DNA from: the human T2T-CHM13v2.0 reference genome, Homo sapiens
NCBI RefSeq assembly: GCF_009914755.1
Contig: NC_060930.1
Strand: one strand, 5' to 3'
Length of the DNA stretch: 64,000 nucleotides
The stretch's first letter is position 1. The number at the start of each line of letters is the position of its first letter. Below, one piece after another: positions 11,801 through 23,950 of this stretch. Below the pieces are notes generated by a model. That model was not told the DNA's origin. It saw only the letters and a program-made list of their open reading frames with translations, and ran no database searches. Made by a program: the position numbers and the translations under genes.

Positions 11801-14800
11801 GACCACTTTGAAGCCTATGATAGAAAAGGAAACATCTTCATGGAAAACATAGATAGAATCATCCTCAGAAACAACTTTGTGATGTGTGCGTTGAACTCAC
11901 CGTCTTTAACCTTTCTTTTGGTAGAGAAGTTTTGAAACACTCTCTTTGTAAAGTCTACAAGTGGATATTTTGAGCCCTTGGAGGCATTCTTTGGAAAAGG
12001 GAATGTCTTCACATAAAAGGCAGACGGAAGTGTTCTCAGAAACTGCTTTGTGATGTCTGTGTTCAACTCACAGAGTTTAACATTTCCTTTGATAGAGCGG
12101 TTTAGTAACCCTCTCTTTGTAGAATTTGGAAGTGTATACTAAGAGCGCTTTGAGGCCTATGGTAGAAAAGGAAATATCTTTCCATAAAAGCTAGACAGAA
12201 GCAATCTCAGAAACTCCTTTGCGATGTCTGCATTCAACTCACCGAGTGGAACATTCCTCTTGAGAGAGCAGTTTGGAAACACTCTTTCTGTAGAATCAGC
12301 TTGTTTGTATTTGGACCTCCTTGAGGCCTTCGTTGGAAACGGGTTTTCATCTTATAAACCCAGACAGAAGAATTCTCAGAGTCTTCTTTGTGATGTGTGC
12401 TTTCAACTCACCGAGATAAAGATTTCTCTTGATAGAGCAATTTGGAAACACTCTTTTTGTAGAATTTGCAAGGGTACATTGAGAGCGCTTTCAGGCCTAT
12501 GGTAGAAAAGGGAATATCTTTCCATAAAAGGTAGACAGAAGCAATCTCAGAAACTACTTTGTGATGTGTGCATTCAACTCACCGAGTGCAACGTTCCTCT
12601 TGACCGAGCAGTTTGGAAACATTGTTTCTGTAGAATCTGCAAGTGGATATTTGGACCTCTTTGAGGCCTTCGTTGGAAACGGGATTTCTTCCTATAAACC
12701 CAGACAGAAGAATTCTCAGAGACTTCTTTGTGATGTGTGAATTCAACTCACAGTGTGGATCCTTCCTTTTGATAGAGCAGTTTTGAAACCCTGTTTTTGT
12801 AGTATTTCCAAGCGGATATTCGGAACGCCTTGAAGCGTATGGTAGAAAAGGAAATATCTTCCCATAAAACCTAGACAGAACCAATCTCAGAAACGACTTT
12901 GTGATGTCTGCATTCAAGTCACAGAGTTGAACATTTCTCTTGATAGAGCAGTTTTGAAACCCTCTTTCTGAAGGATCTGCAAGTGGATATTTGGAACTCC
13001 TTTGGGTCTTCGTTGGAAACGGGATTTCTTCGTATAAATCTAGACAGAAGAATTCTCCGAAACTTCTTTGGTTGTGTGCATTCAAGTCACAGAGTGGAAC
13101 CTTCCTTTGGATAGAGCAGTTTGAAACGCCGTGGTTGTAGTATTTCCAAGCGGATATTAGAGCGCCTTGAGGCCTATGGTAGAAAAGGAAATATCTTCCC
13201 ATAAAACCTAGACGGAAGCAATCTCAGAAACTACTGTGTGATGGCTGCATTCCACACACACGGTGGAACATTTCTCTTGATAGAGCAGTTTTGAAACACT
13301 CTTTCTGTAGAATCTGCAAGTGGATAATTGGACCGCCTTGAGGCCTTCGTTGGAAACGGGATTTCTTCATGTTACTCTAGATAGAAGAATTCTCAAACAC
13401 TGCTATGTGATGTTTGCATTCAAGTCACAGAGTGCAACATTCCTCTTGGTAGAGCAGTTGGGAAACACTCCTTTTGTAGAATCTGCAATGGGATATTTGG
13501 ACTTCTTTGAGGCCTTCGTTGGAAACGGGATTTCTTCGTATGAATCTAGACAGAAGAATTCTCAGAAACTTCCTTGTGATGTGTGCATTCAACTCAGCGA
13601 GTGGCACCTTCCTTTGGATACAGCAGTTTTGAAACACTGTTTTTGTAGTATTTCCAAGCGGATATTTAGAGCGCCTTGAAGCCTATGCTAGAAATGGAAA
13701 TATCTCCCCATAAAACCAAGACAGAAGCAATCTCAGAAACTAATGTGTGATGGCTGCATTCCACACACACGGTGGACCATTTCTCTTGATAGAGCAGTTT
13801 TGAAACACTCTTTCTGTAGAATCTGCAAGTGGATAATTGGACCTCCTAGAGGCCTTCGTTGGAAACGGGATTTCTTCATCTAAACCTACAGAGAAGAATT
13901 CTCAGTAACTTCTTCGGATGTGTGCATTCGACGCACAGAATGGAACATTCCCTTTGATAGAGCAGTTTTGAGACACCGTTTTTGTAGAATTCCCAAGTGG
14001 ATATTTAGAGCACTTTGAAGTCTCTGCTAGAAAAGGAAACATCTTCATGTAAAAAGTAGATAGAATCGTTCTCAGAAAGTGCTTAGTGACGTGTGCGTTC
14101 AACTCACAGAGTTTAACGTTTCTTTTGATAGAGCGTTTCTGAAACACCCTTCTTGTAGTAGCTGCAAGTGGATATTTGGACCTATTGGAGGCCTTCTTTG
14201 GAAATGGGATTTCTTCATGTAACTCTAGATTGAAGAGTTCTCAGAAACTCCTTTGTGATGTGTGCATTCAATTCAAAGAGTGAAACCTCCCTTTTCACAG
14301 AGCAGTTTTGAAACACTGTTTTTGTAGGATTTCCAAGGGGATATTTATAGCGCATTGAGCCTACGGCGGAAAAAGAAACATCTTCCTATAAAAACTAGAC
14401 AGAATACTTCTCAGAATCTGCTTTGCGATGTGTGCGTTCAACTCACAGAGTAAAACTTTTCTTTTGATAGAGCAGTTTTGAAACACTCTTTTTGTAGTAT
14501 TTGCATGTGTATATTTAGAGCGCATTGAAGCCCACAGTAGAAAAGGAAATAACTTCACCTAAAACCTAGACAGAAGCAATCTCAGAAACTACTTTGTGAT
14601 GTGTACATTCAACTCACAGAGTGGAACTTTCCTCTTTATAGAGCAGTGTTGAAACACTCTTTTTGTAGAAACTGCAAGTGGATATTTGGACCTCTTTGAG
14701 GCCTTCGTTGGAAACGGGATTTCTTCCTATAACCCTAGACAGAAGAATTTTCAGAAACCTCATTGTGATGTGTGCGTTCATCTCACAGAGTGGAGTCTTC

Positions 14801-17800
14801 CGTTTGATAGAGAAGTTTTGAAACCCTGTTCTTGTAGGATTTCCAAGTGGATATTTAGACCACTTTGAAGCCTATGATAGAAAAGGAAACATCTTCATGG
14901 AAAACATAGATAGAATCATCCTCAGAAACAACTTTGTGATGTGTGCGTTGAACTCACCGTCTTTAACCTTTCTTTTGGTAGAGAAGTTTTGAAACACTCT
15001 CTTTGTAAAGTCTACAAGTGGATATTTTGAGCCCTTGGAGGCATTCTTTGGAAAAGGGAATGTCTTCACATAAAAGGCAGACGGAAGTGTTCTCAGAAAC
15101 TGCTTTGTGATGTCTGTGTTCAACTCACAGAGTTTAACATTTCCTTTGATAGAGCGGTTTAGTAACCCTCTCTTTGTAGAATTTGGAAGTGTATACTAAG
15201 AGCGCTTTGAGGCCTATGGTAGAAAAGGAAATATCTTTCCATAAAAGCTAGACAGAAGCAATCTCAGAAACTCCTTTGCGATGTCTGCATTCAACTCACC
15301 GAGTGGAACATTCCTCTTGAGAGAGCAGTTTGGAAACACTCTTTCTGTAGAATCAGCTTGTTTGTATTTGGACCTCCTTGAGGCCTTCGTTGGAAACGGG
15401 TTTTCATCTTATAAACCCAGACAGAAGAATTCTCAGAGTCTTCTTTGTGATGTGTGCTTTCAACTCACCGAGATAAAGATTTCTCTTGATAGAGCAATTT
15501 GGAAACACTCTTTTTGTAGAATTTGCAAGGGTACATTGAGAGCGCTTTCAGGCCTATGGTAGAAAAGGGAATATCTTTCCATAAAAGGTAGACAGAAGCA
15601 ATCTCAGAAACTACTTTGTGATGTGTGCATTCAACTCACCGAGTGCAACGTTCCTCTTGACCGAGCAGTTTGGAAACATTGTTTCTGTAGAATCTGCAAG
15701 TGGATATTTGGACCTCTTTGAGGCCTTCGTTGGAAACGGGATTTCTTCCTATAAACCCAGACAGAAGAATTCTCAGAGACTTCTTTGTGATGTGTGAATT
15801 CAACTCACAGTGTGGATCCTTCCTTTTGATAGAGCAGTTTTGAAACCCTGTTTTTGTAGTATTTCCAAGCGGATATTCGGAACGCCTTGAAGCGTATGGT
15901 AGAAAAGGAAATATCTTCCCATAAAACCTAGACAGAACCAATCTCAGAAACGACTTTGTGATGTCTGCATTCAAGTCACAGAGTTGAACATTTCTCTTGA
16001 TAGAGCAGTTTTGAAACCCTCTTTCTGAAGGATCTGCAAGTGGATATTTGGAACTCCTTTGGGTCTTCGTTGGAAACGGGATTTCTTCGTATAAATCTAG
16101 ACAGAAGAATTCTCCGAAACTTCTTTGGTTGTGTGCATTCAAGTCACAGAGTGGAACCTTCCTTTGGATAGAGCAGTTTGAAACGCCGTGGTTGTAGTAT
16201 TTCCAAGCGGATATTAGAGCGCCTTGAGGCCTATGGTAGAAAAGGAAATATCTTCCCATAAAACCTAGACGGAAGCAATCTCAGAAACTACTGTGTGATG
16301 GCTGCATTCCACACACACGGTGGAACATTTCTCTTGATAGAGCAGTTTTGAAACACTCTTTCTGTAGAATCTGCAAGTGGATAATTGGACCGCCTTGAGG
16401 CCTTCGTTGGAAACGGGATTTCTTCATGTTACTCTAGATAGAAGAATTCTCAAACACTGCTATGTGATGTTTGCATTCAAGTCACAGAGTGCAACATTCC
16501 TCTTGGTAGAGCAGTTGGGAAACACTCCTTTTGTAGAATCTGCAATGGGATATTTGGACTTCTTTGAGGCCTTCGTTGGAAACGGGATTTCTTCGTATGA
16601 ATCTAGACAGAAGAATTCTCAGAAACTTCCTTGTGATGTGTGCATTCAACTCAGCGAGTGGCACCTTCCTTTGGATACAGCAGTTTTGAAACACTGTTTT
16701 TGTAGTATTTCCAAGCGGATATTTAGAGCGCCTTGAAGCCTATGCTAGAAATGGAAATATCTCCCCATAAAACCAAGACAGAAGCAATCTCAGAAACTAA
16801 TGTGTGATGGCTGCATTCCACACACACGGTGGACCATTTCTCTTGATAGAGCAGTTTTGAAACACTCTTTCTGTAGAATCTGCAAGTGGATAATTGGACC
16901 TCCTAGAGGCCTTCGTTGGAAACGGGATTTCTTCATCTAAACCTACAGAGAAGAATTCTCAGTAACTTCTTCGGATGTGTGCATTCGACGCACAGAATGG
17001 AACATTCCCTTTGATAGAGCAGTTTTGAGACACCGTTTTTGTAGAATTCCCAAGTGGATATTTAGAGCACTTTGAAGTCTCTGCTAGAAAAGGAAACATC
17101 TTCATGTAAAAAGTAGATAGAATCGTTCTCAGAAAGTGCTTAGTGACGTGTGCGTTCAACTCACAGAGTTTAACGTTTCTTTTGATAGAGCGTTTCTGAA
17201 ACACCCTTCTTGTAGTAGCTGCAAGTGGATATTTGGACCTATTGGAGGCCTTCTTTGGAAATGGGATTTCTTCATGTAACTCTAGATTGAAGAGTTCTCA
17301 GAAACTCCTTTGTGATGTGTGCATTCAATTCAAAGAGTGAAACCTCCCTTTTCACAGAGCAGTTTTGAAACACTGTTTTTGTAGGATTTCCAAGGGGATA
17401 TTTATAGCGCATTGAGCCTACGGCGGAAAAAGAAACATCTTCCTATAAAAACTAGACAGAATACTTCTCAGAATCTGCTTTGCGATGTGTGCGTTCAACT
17501 CACAGAGTAAAACTTTTCTTTTGATAGAGCAGTTTTGAAACACTCTTTTTGTAGTATTTGCATGTGTATATTTAGAGCGCATTGAAGCCCACAGTAGAAA
17601 AGGAAATAACTTCACCTAAAACCTAGACAGAAGCAATCTCAGAAACTACTTTGTGATGTGTACATTCAACTCACAGAGTGGAACTTTCCTCTTTATAGAG
17701 CAGTGTTGAAACACTCTTTTTGTAGAAACTGCAAGTGGATATTTGGACCTCTTTGAGGCCTTCGTTGGAAACGGGATTTCTTCCTATAACCCTAGACAGA

Positions 17801-18342
17801 AGAATTTTCAGAAACCTCATTGTGATGTGTGCGTTCATCTCACAGAGTGGAGTCTTCCGTTTGATAGAGAAGTTTTGAAACCCTGTTCTTGTAGGATTTC
17901 CAAGTGGATATTTAGACCACTTTGAAGCCTATGATAGAAAAGGAAACATCTTCATGGAAAACATAGATAGAATCATCCTCAGAAACAACTTTGTGATGTG
18001 TGCGTTGAACTCACCGTCTTTAACCTTTCTTTTGGTAGAGAAGTTTTGAAACACTCTCTTTGTAAAGTCTACAAGTGGATATTTTGAGCCCTTGGAGGCA
18101 TTCTTTGGAAAAGGGAATGTCTTCACATAAAAGGCAGACGGAAGTGTTCTCAGAAACTGCTTTGTGATGTCTGTGTTCAACTCACAGAGTTTAACATTTC
18201 CTTTGATAGAGCGGTTTAGTAACCCTCTCTTTGTAGAATTTGGAAGTGTATACTAAGAGCGCTTTGAGGCCTATGGTAGAAAAGGAAATATCTTTCCATA
18301 AAAGCTAGACAGAAGCAATCTCAGAAACTCCTTTGCGATGTC

Positions 18343-20893
18343 TGCATTCAACTCACCGAGTGGAACATTCCTCTTGAGAGAGCAGTTTGGAAACACTCTT
18401 TCTGTAGAATCAGCTTGTTTGTATTTGGACCTCCTTGAGGCCTTCGTTGGAAACGGGTTTTCATCTTATAAACCCAGACAGAAGAATTCTCAGAGTCTTC
18501 TTTGTGATGTGTGCTTTCAACTCACCGAGATAAAGATTTCTCTTGATAGAGCAATTTGGAAACACTCTTTTTGTAGAATTTGCAAGGGTACATTGAGAGC
18601 GCTTTCAGGCCTATGGTAGAAAAGGGAATATCTTTCCATAAAAGGTAGACAGAAGCAATCTCAGAAACTACTTTGTGATGTGTGCATTCAACTCACCGAG
18701 TGCAACGTTCCTCTTGACCGAGCAGTTTGGAAACATTGTTTCTGTAGAATCTGCAAGTGGATATTTGGACCTCTTTGAGGCCTTCGTTGGAAACGGGATT
18801 TCTTCCTATAAACCCAGACAGAAGAATTCTCAGAGACTTCTTTGTGATGTGTGAATTCAACTCACAGTGTGGATCCTTCCTTTTGATAGAGCAGTTTTGA
18901 AACCCTGTTTTTGTAGTATTTCCAAGCGGATATTTGGAACGCCTTGAAGCGTATGGTAGAAAAGGAAATATCTTCCCATAAAACCTAGACAGAACCAATC
19001 TCAGAAACGACTTTGTGATGTCTGCATTCAAGTCACAGAGTTGAACATTTCTCTTGATAGAGCAGTTTTGAAACCCTCTTTCTGAAGGATCTGCAAGTGG
19101 ATATTTGGAACTCCTTTGGGTCTTCGTTGGAAACGGGATTTCTTCGTATAAATCTAGACAGAAGAATTCTCAGAAACTTCCTTGTGATGTGTGCATTCAA
19201 CTCAGCGAGTGGCACCTTCCTTTGGATACAGCAGTTTTGAAACACTGTTTTTGTAGTATTTCCAAGCGGATATTTAGAGCGCCTTGAAGCCTATGCTAGA
19301 AATGGAAATATCTCCCCATAAAACCAAGACGGAAGCAATCTCAGAAACTAATGTGTGATGGCTGCATTCCACACACACGGTGGACCATTTCTCTTGATAG
19401 AGCAGTTTTGAAACACTCTTTCTGTAGAATCTGCAAGTGGATAATTGGACCTCCGAGAGGCCTTCGTTGGAAACGGGATTTCTTCATCTAAACCTACAGA
19501 GAAGTATTCTCAGTAACTTCTTCGGATGTGTGCATTCGACGCACAGAATGGAACATTCCCTTTGATAGAGCAGTTTTGAGACACCGTTTTTGTAGAATTC
19601 CCAAGTGGATATTTAGAGCACTTTGAAGTCTCTGCTAGAAAAGGAAACATCATCATGTAAAAAGTAGATAGAATCGTTCTCAGAAAGTGCTTAGTGTCGT
19701 GTGCGTTCAACTCACAGAGTTTAACGTTTCTTTTGATAGAGCGTTTCTGAAACACCCTTCTTGTAGTAGCTGCAAGTGGATATTTGGACCTATTGGAGGC
19801 CTTCTTTGGAAACGGGATTTCTTCATGTAACTCTAGATTGAAGAATTCTCAGAAACTCCTTTGTGATGTGTGCATTCAATTCAAAGAGTGAAACCTCTCT
19901 TTTCACAGAGCAGTTTTGAAACACTGTTTTTGTAGGATTTCCAAGGGGATATTTATAGCGCATTGAGCCTACGGCGGAAAAAGAAACATCTTCCTATAAA
20001 AACTAGACAGAATACTTCTCAGAATCTGCTTTGCGATGTGTGCGTTCAACTCACAGAGTAAAACTTTTCTTTTGATAGAGCAGTTTTGAAACACTCTTTT
20101 TGTAGTATTTGCATGTGTATATTTAGAGCGCATTGAAGCCCACAGTAGAAAAGGAAATAACTTCACCTAAAACCTAGACAGAAGCAATCTCAGAAACTAC
20201 TTTGTGATGTGTACATTCAACTCACAGAGTGGAACTTTCCTCTTTATAGAGCAGTGTTGAAACACTCTTTTTGTAGAAACTGCAAGTGGATATTTGGACC
20301 TCTTTGAGGCCTTCGTTGGAAACGGGATTTCTTCCTATAACCCTAGACAGAAGAATTTTCAGAAACCTCATTGTGATGTGTGCGTTCATCTCACAGAGTG
20401 GAGTCTTCCGTTTGATAGAGAAGTTTTGAAACCCTGTTCTTGTAGGATTTCCAAGTGGATATTTAGACCACTTTGAAGCCTATGATAGAAAAGGAAACAT
20501 CTTCATGGAAAACATAGATAGAATCATCCTCAGAAACAACTTTGTGATGTGTGCGTTGAACTCACCGTCTTTAACCTTTCTTTTGGTAGAGAAGTTTTGA
20601 AACACTCTCTTTGTAAAGTCTACAAGTGGATATTTTGAGCCCTTGGAGGCATTCTTTGGAAAAGGGAATGTCTTCACATAAAAGGCAGACGGAAGTGTTC
20701 TCAGAAACTGCTTTGTGATGTCTGTGTTCAACTCACAGAGTTTAACATTTCCTTTGATAGAGCGGTTTAGTAACCCTCTCTTTGTAGAATTTGGAAGTGT
20801 ATACTAAGAGCGCTTTGAGGCCTATGGTAGAAAAGGAAATATCTTTCCATAAAAGCTAGACAGAAGCAATCTCAGAAACTCCTCTGTGATGTC
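18343..20893 (+). repeat. 15-mer HOR structural variant (U7, 2,551 bp)
   Basis: Period is 506 bp shorter. The junction reads tcttcgtataaatctagacagaagaattctcagaaacttccttg at 19141-19184, fusing unit offsets ~809-829 to ~1315-1335. Confidence 0.96.
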
Positions 20894-23800
20894 TGCATTC
20901 AACTCACCGAGTGGAACATTCCTCTTGATAGAGCAGTTTGGAAACACTCTTTCTGTAGAATCAGCTTGTTTGTATTTGGACCTCCTTGAGGCCTTCGTTG
21001 GAAACGGGTTTTCATCTTATAAACCCAGACAGAAGAATTCTCAGAGTCTTCTTTGTGATGTGTGCTTTCAACTCACCGAGATAAAGATTTCTCTTGATAG
21101 AGCAATTTGGAAACACTCTTTTTGTAGAATTTGCAAGGGTACATTGAGAGCGCTTTCAGGCCTATGGTAGAAAAGGGAATATCTTTCCATAAAAGGTAGA
21201 CAGAAGCAATCTCAGAAACTACTTTGTGATGTGTGCATTCAACTCACCGAGTGCAACGTTCCTCTTGACCGAGCAGTTTGGAAACATTGTTTCTGTAGAA
21301 TCTGCAAGTGGATATTTGGACCTCTTTGAGGCCTTCGTTGGAAACGGGATTTCTTCCTATAAACCCAGACAGAAGAATTCTCAGAGACTTCTTTGTGATG
21401 TGTGAATTCAACTCACAGTGTGGATCCTTCCTTTTGATAGAGCAGTTTTGAAACCCTGTTTTTGTAGTATTTCCAAGCGGATATTCGGAACGCCTTGAAG
21501 CGTATGGTAGAAAAGGAAATATCTTCCCATAAAACCTAGACAGAACCAATCTCAGAAACGACTTTGTGATGTCTGCATTCAAGTCACAGAGTTGAACATT
21601 TCTCTTGATAGAGCAGTTTTGAAACCCTCTTTCTGAAGGATCTGCAAGTGGATATTTGGAACTCCTTTGGGTCTTCGTTGGAAACGGGATTTCTTCGTAT
21701 AAATCTAGACAGAAGAATTCTCCGAAACTTCTTTGGTTGTGTGCATTCAAGTCACAGAGTGGAACCTTCCTTTGGATAGAGCAGTTTGAAACGCCGTGGT
21801 TGTAGTATTTCCAAGCGGATATTAGAGCGCCTTGAGGCCTATGGTAGAAAAGGAAATATCTTCCCATAAAACCTAGACGGAAGCAATCTCAGAAACTACT
21901 GTGTGATGGCTGCATTCCACACACACGGTGGAACATTTCTCTTGATAGAGCAGTTTTGAAACACTCTTTCTGTAGAATCTGCAAGTGGATAATTGGACCG
22001 CCTTGAGGCCTTCGTTGGAAACGGGATTTCTTCATGTTACTCTAGATAGAAGAATTCTCAAACACTGCTATGTGATGTTTGCATTCAAGTCACAGAGTGC
22101 AACATTCCTCTTGGTAGAGCAGTTGGGAAACACTCCTTTTGTAGAATCTGCAATGGGATATTTGGACTTCTTTGAGGCCTTCGTTGGAAACGGGATTTCT
22201 TCGTATGAATCTAGACAGAAGAATTCTCAGAAACTTCCTTGTGATGTGTGCATTCAACTCAGCGAGTGGCACCTTCCTTTGGATACAGCAGTTTTGAAAC
22301 ACTGTTTTTGTAGTATTTCCAAGCGGATATTTAGAGCGCCTTGAAGCCTATGCTAGAAATGGAAATATCTCCCCATAAAACCAAGACAGAAGCAATCTCA
22401 GAAACTAATGTGTGATGGCTGCATTCCACACACACGGTGGACCATTTCTCTTGATAGAGCAGTTTTGAAACACTCTTTCTGTAGAATCTGCAAGTGGATA
22501 ATTGGACCTCCTAGAGGCCTTCGTTGGAAACGGGATTTCTTCATCTAAACCTACAGAGAAGAATTCTCAGTAACTTCTTCGGATGTGTGCATTCGACGCA
22601 CAGAATGGAACATTCCCTTTGATAGAGCAGTTTTGAGACACCGTTTTTGTAGAATTCCCAAGTGGATATTTAGAGCACTTTGAAGTCTCTGCTAGAAAAG
22701 GAAACATCTTCATGTAAAAAGTAGATAGAATCGTTCTCAGAAAGTGCTTAGTGACGTGTGCGTTCAACTCACAGAGTTTAACGTTTCTTTTGATAGAGCG
22801 TTTCTGAAACACCCTTCTTGTAGTAGCTGCAAGTGGATATTTGGACCTATTGGAGGCCTTCTTTGGAAATGGGATTTCTTCATGTAACTCTAGATTGAAG
22901 AGTTCTCAGAAACTCCTTTGTGATGTGTGCATTCAATTCAAAGAGTGAAACCTCCCTTTTCACAGAGCAGTTTTGAAACACTGTTTTTGTAGGATTTCCA
23001 AGGGGATATTTATAGCGCATTGAGCCTACGGCGGAAAAAGAAACATCTTCCTATAAAAACTAGACAGAATACTTCTCAGAATCTGCTTTGCGATGTGTGC
23101 GTTCAACTCACAGAGTAAAACTTTTCTTTTGATAGAGCAGTTTTGAAACACTCTTTTTGTAGTATTTGCATGTGTATATTTAGAGCGCATTGAAGCCCAC
23201 AGTAGAAAAGGAAATAACTTCACCTAAAACCTAGACAGAAGCAATCTCAGAAACTACTTTGTGATGTGTACATTCAACTCACAGAGTGGAACTTTCCTCT
23301 TTATAGAGCAGTGTTGAAACACTCTTTTTGTAGAAACTGCAAGTGGATATTTGGACCTCTTTGAGGCCTTCGTTGGAAACGGGATTTCTTCCTATAACCC
23401 TAGACAGAAGAATTTTCAGAAACCTCATTGTGATGTGTGCGTTCATCTCACAGAGTGGAGTCTTCCGTTTGATAGAGAAGTTTTGAAACCCTGTTCTTGT
23501 AGGATTTCCAAGTGGATATTTAGACCACTTTGAAGCCTATGATAGAAAAGGAAACATCTTCATGGAAAACATAGATAGAATCATCCTCAGAAACAACTTT
23601 GTGATGTGTGCGTTGAACTCACCGTCTTTAACCTTTCTTTTGGTAGAGAAGTTTTGAAACACTCTCTTTGTAAAGTCTACAAGTGGATATTTTGAGCCCT
23701 TGGAGGCATTCTTTGGAAAAGGGAATGTCTTCACATAAAAGGCAGACGGAAGTGTTCTCAGAAACTGCTTTGTGATGTCTGTGTTCAACTCACAGAGTTT

Positions 23801-23950
23801 AACATTTCCTTTGATAGAGCGGTTTAGTAACCCTCTCTTTGTAGAATTTGGAAGTGTATACTAAGAGCGCTTTGAGGCCTATGGTAGAAAAGGAAATATC
23901 TTTCCATAAAAGCTAGACAGAAGCAATCTCAGAAACTCCTTTGCGATGTC
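20894..23950 (+). repeat. 18-mer HOR copy (U8)
   Basis: Full 3,057-bp period. Carries variant alleles around its start (20884, 20887, 20929). Confidence 0.95.

Larger units (their letters stand above)
1..18342 (+). repeat. Six canonical 18-mer HOR copies (U1-U6; starts 1, 3058, 6115, 9172, 12229, 15286)
   Basis: Marker ORF starts 3053, 6110, 9167, 12224, 15281 and 18338 are each 3,057 apart. Unit phase is set arbitrarily at base 1 of the window. Confidence 0.97.

Noticed and set aside
19033-19287. New 'fusion' ORFs appearing in the 15-mers
   Set aside because: They are by-products of the 506-bp deletion, which is not a multiple of 3 and joins different frames. There is no evidence of coding function.
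19801-19817. Apparent restoration of a CENP-B box in 15-mers (cttctttggaaacggga)
   Set aside because: The CGGG half is present but the required TTCG is still TTCT, so it does not fit the binding core.
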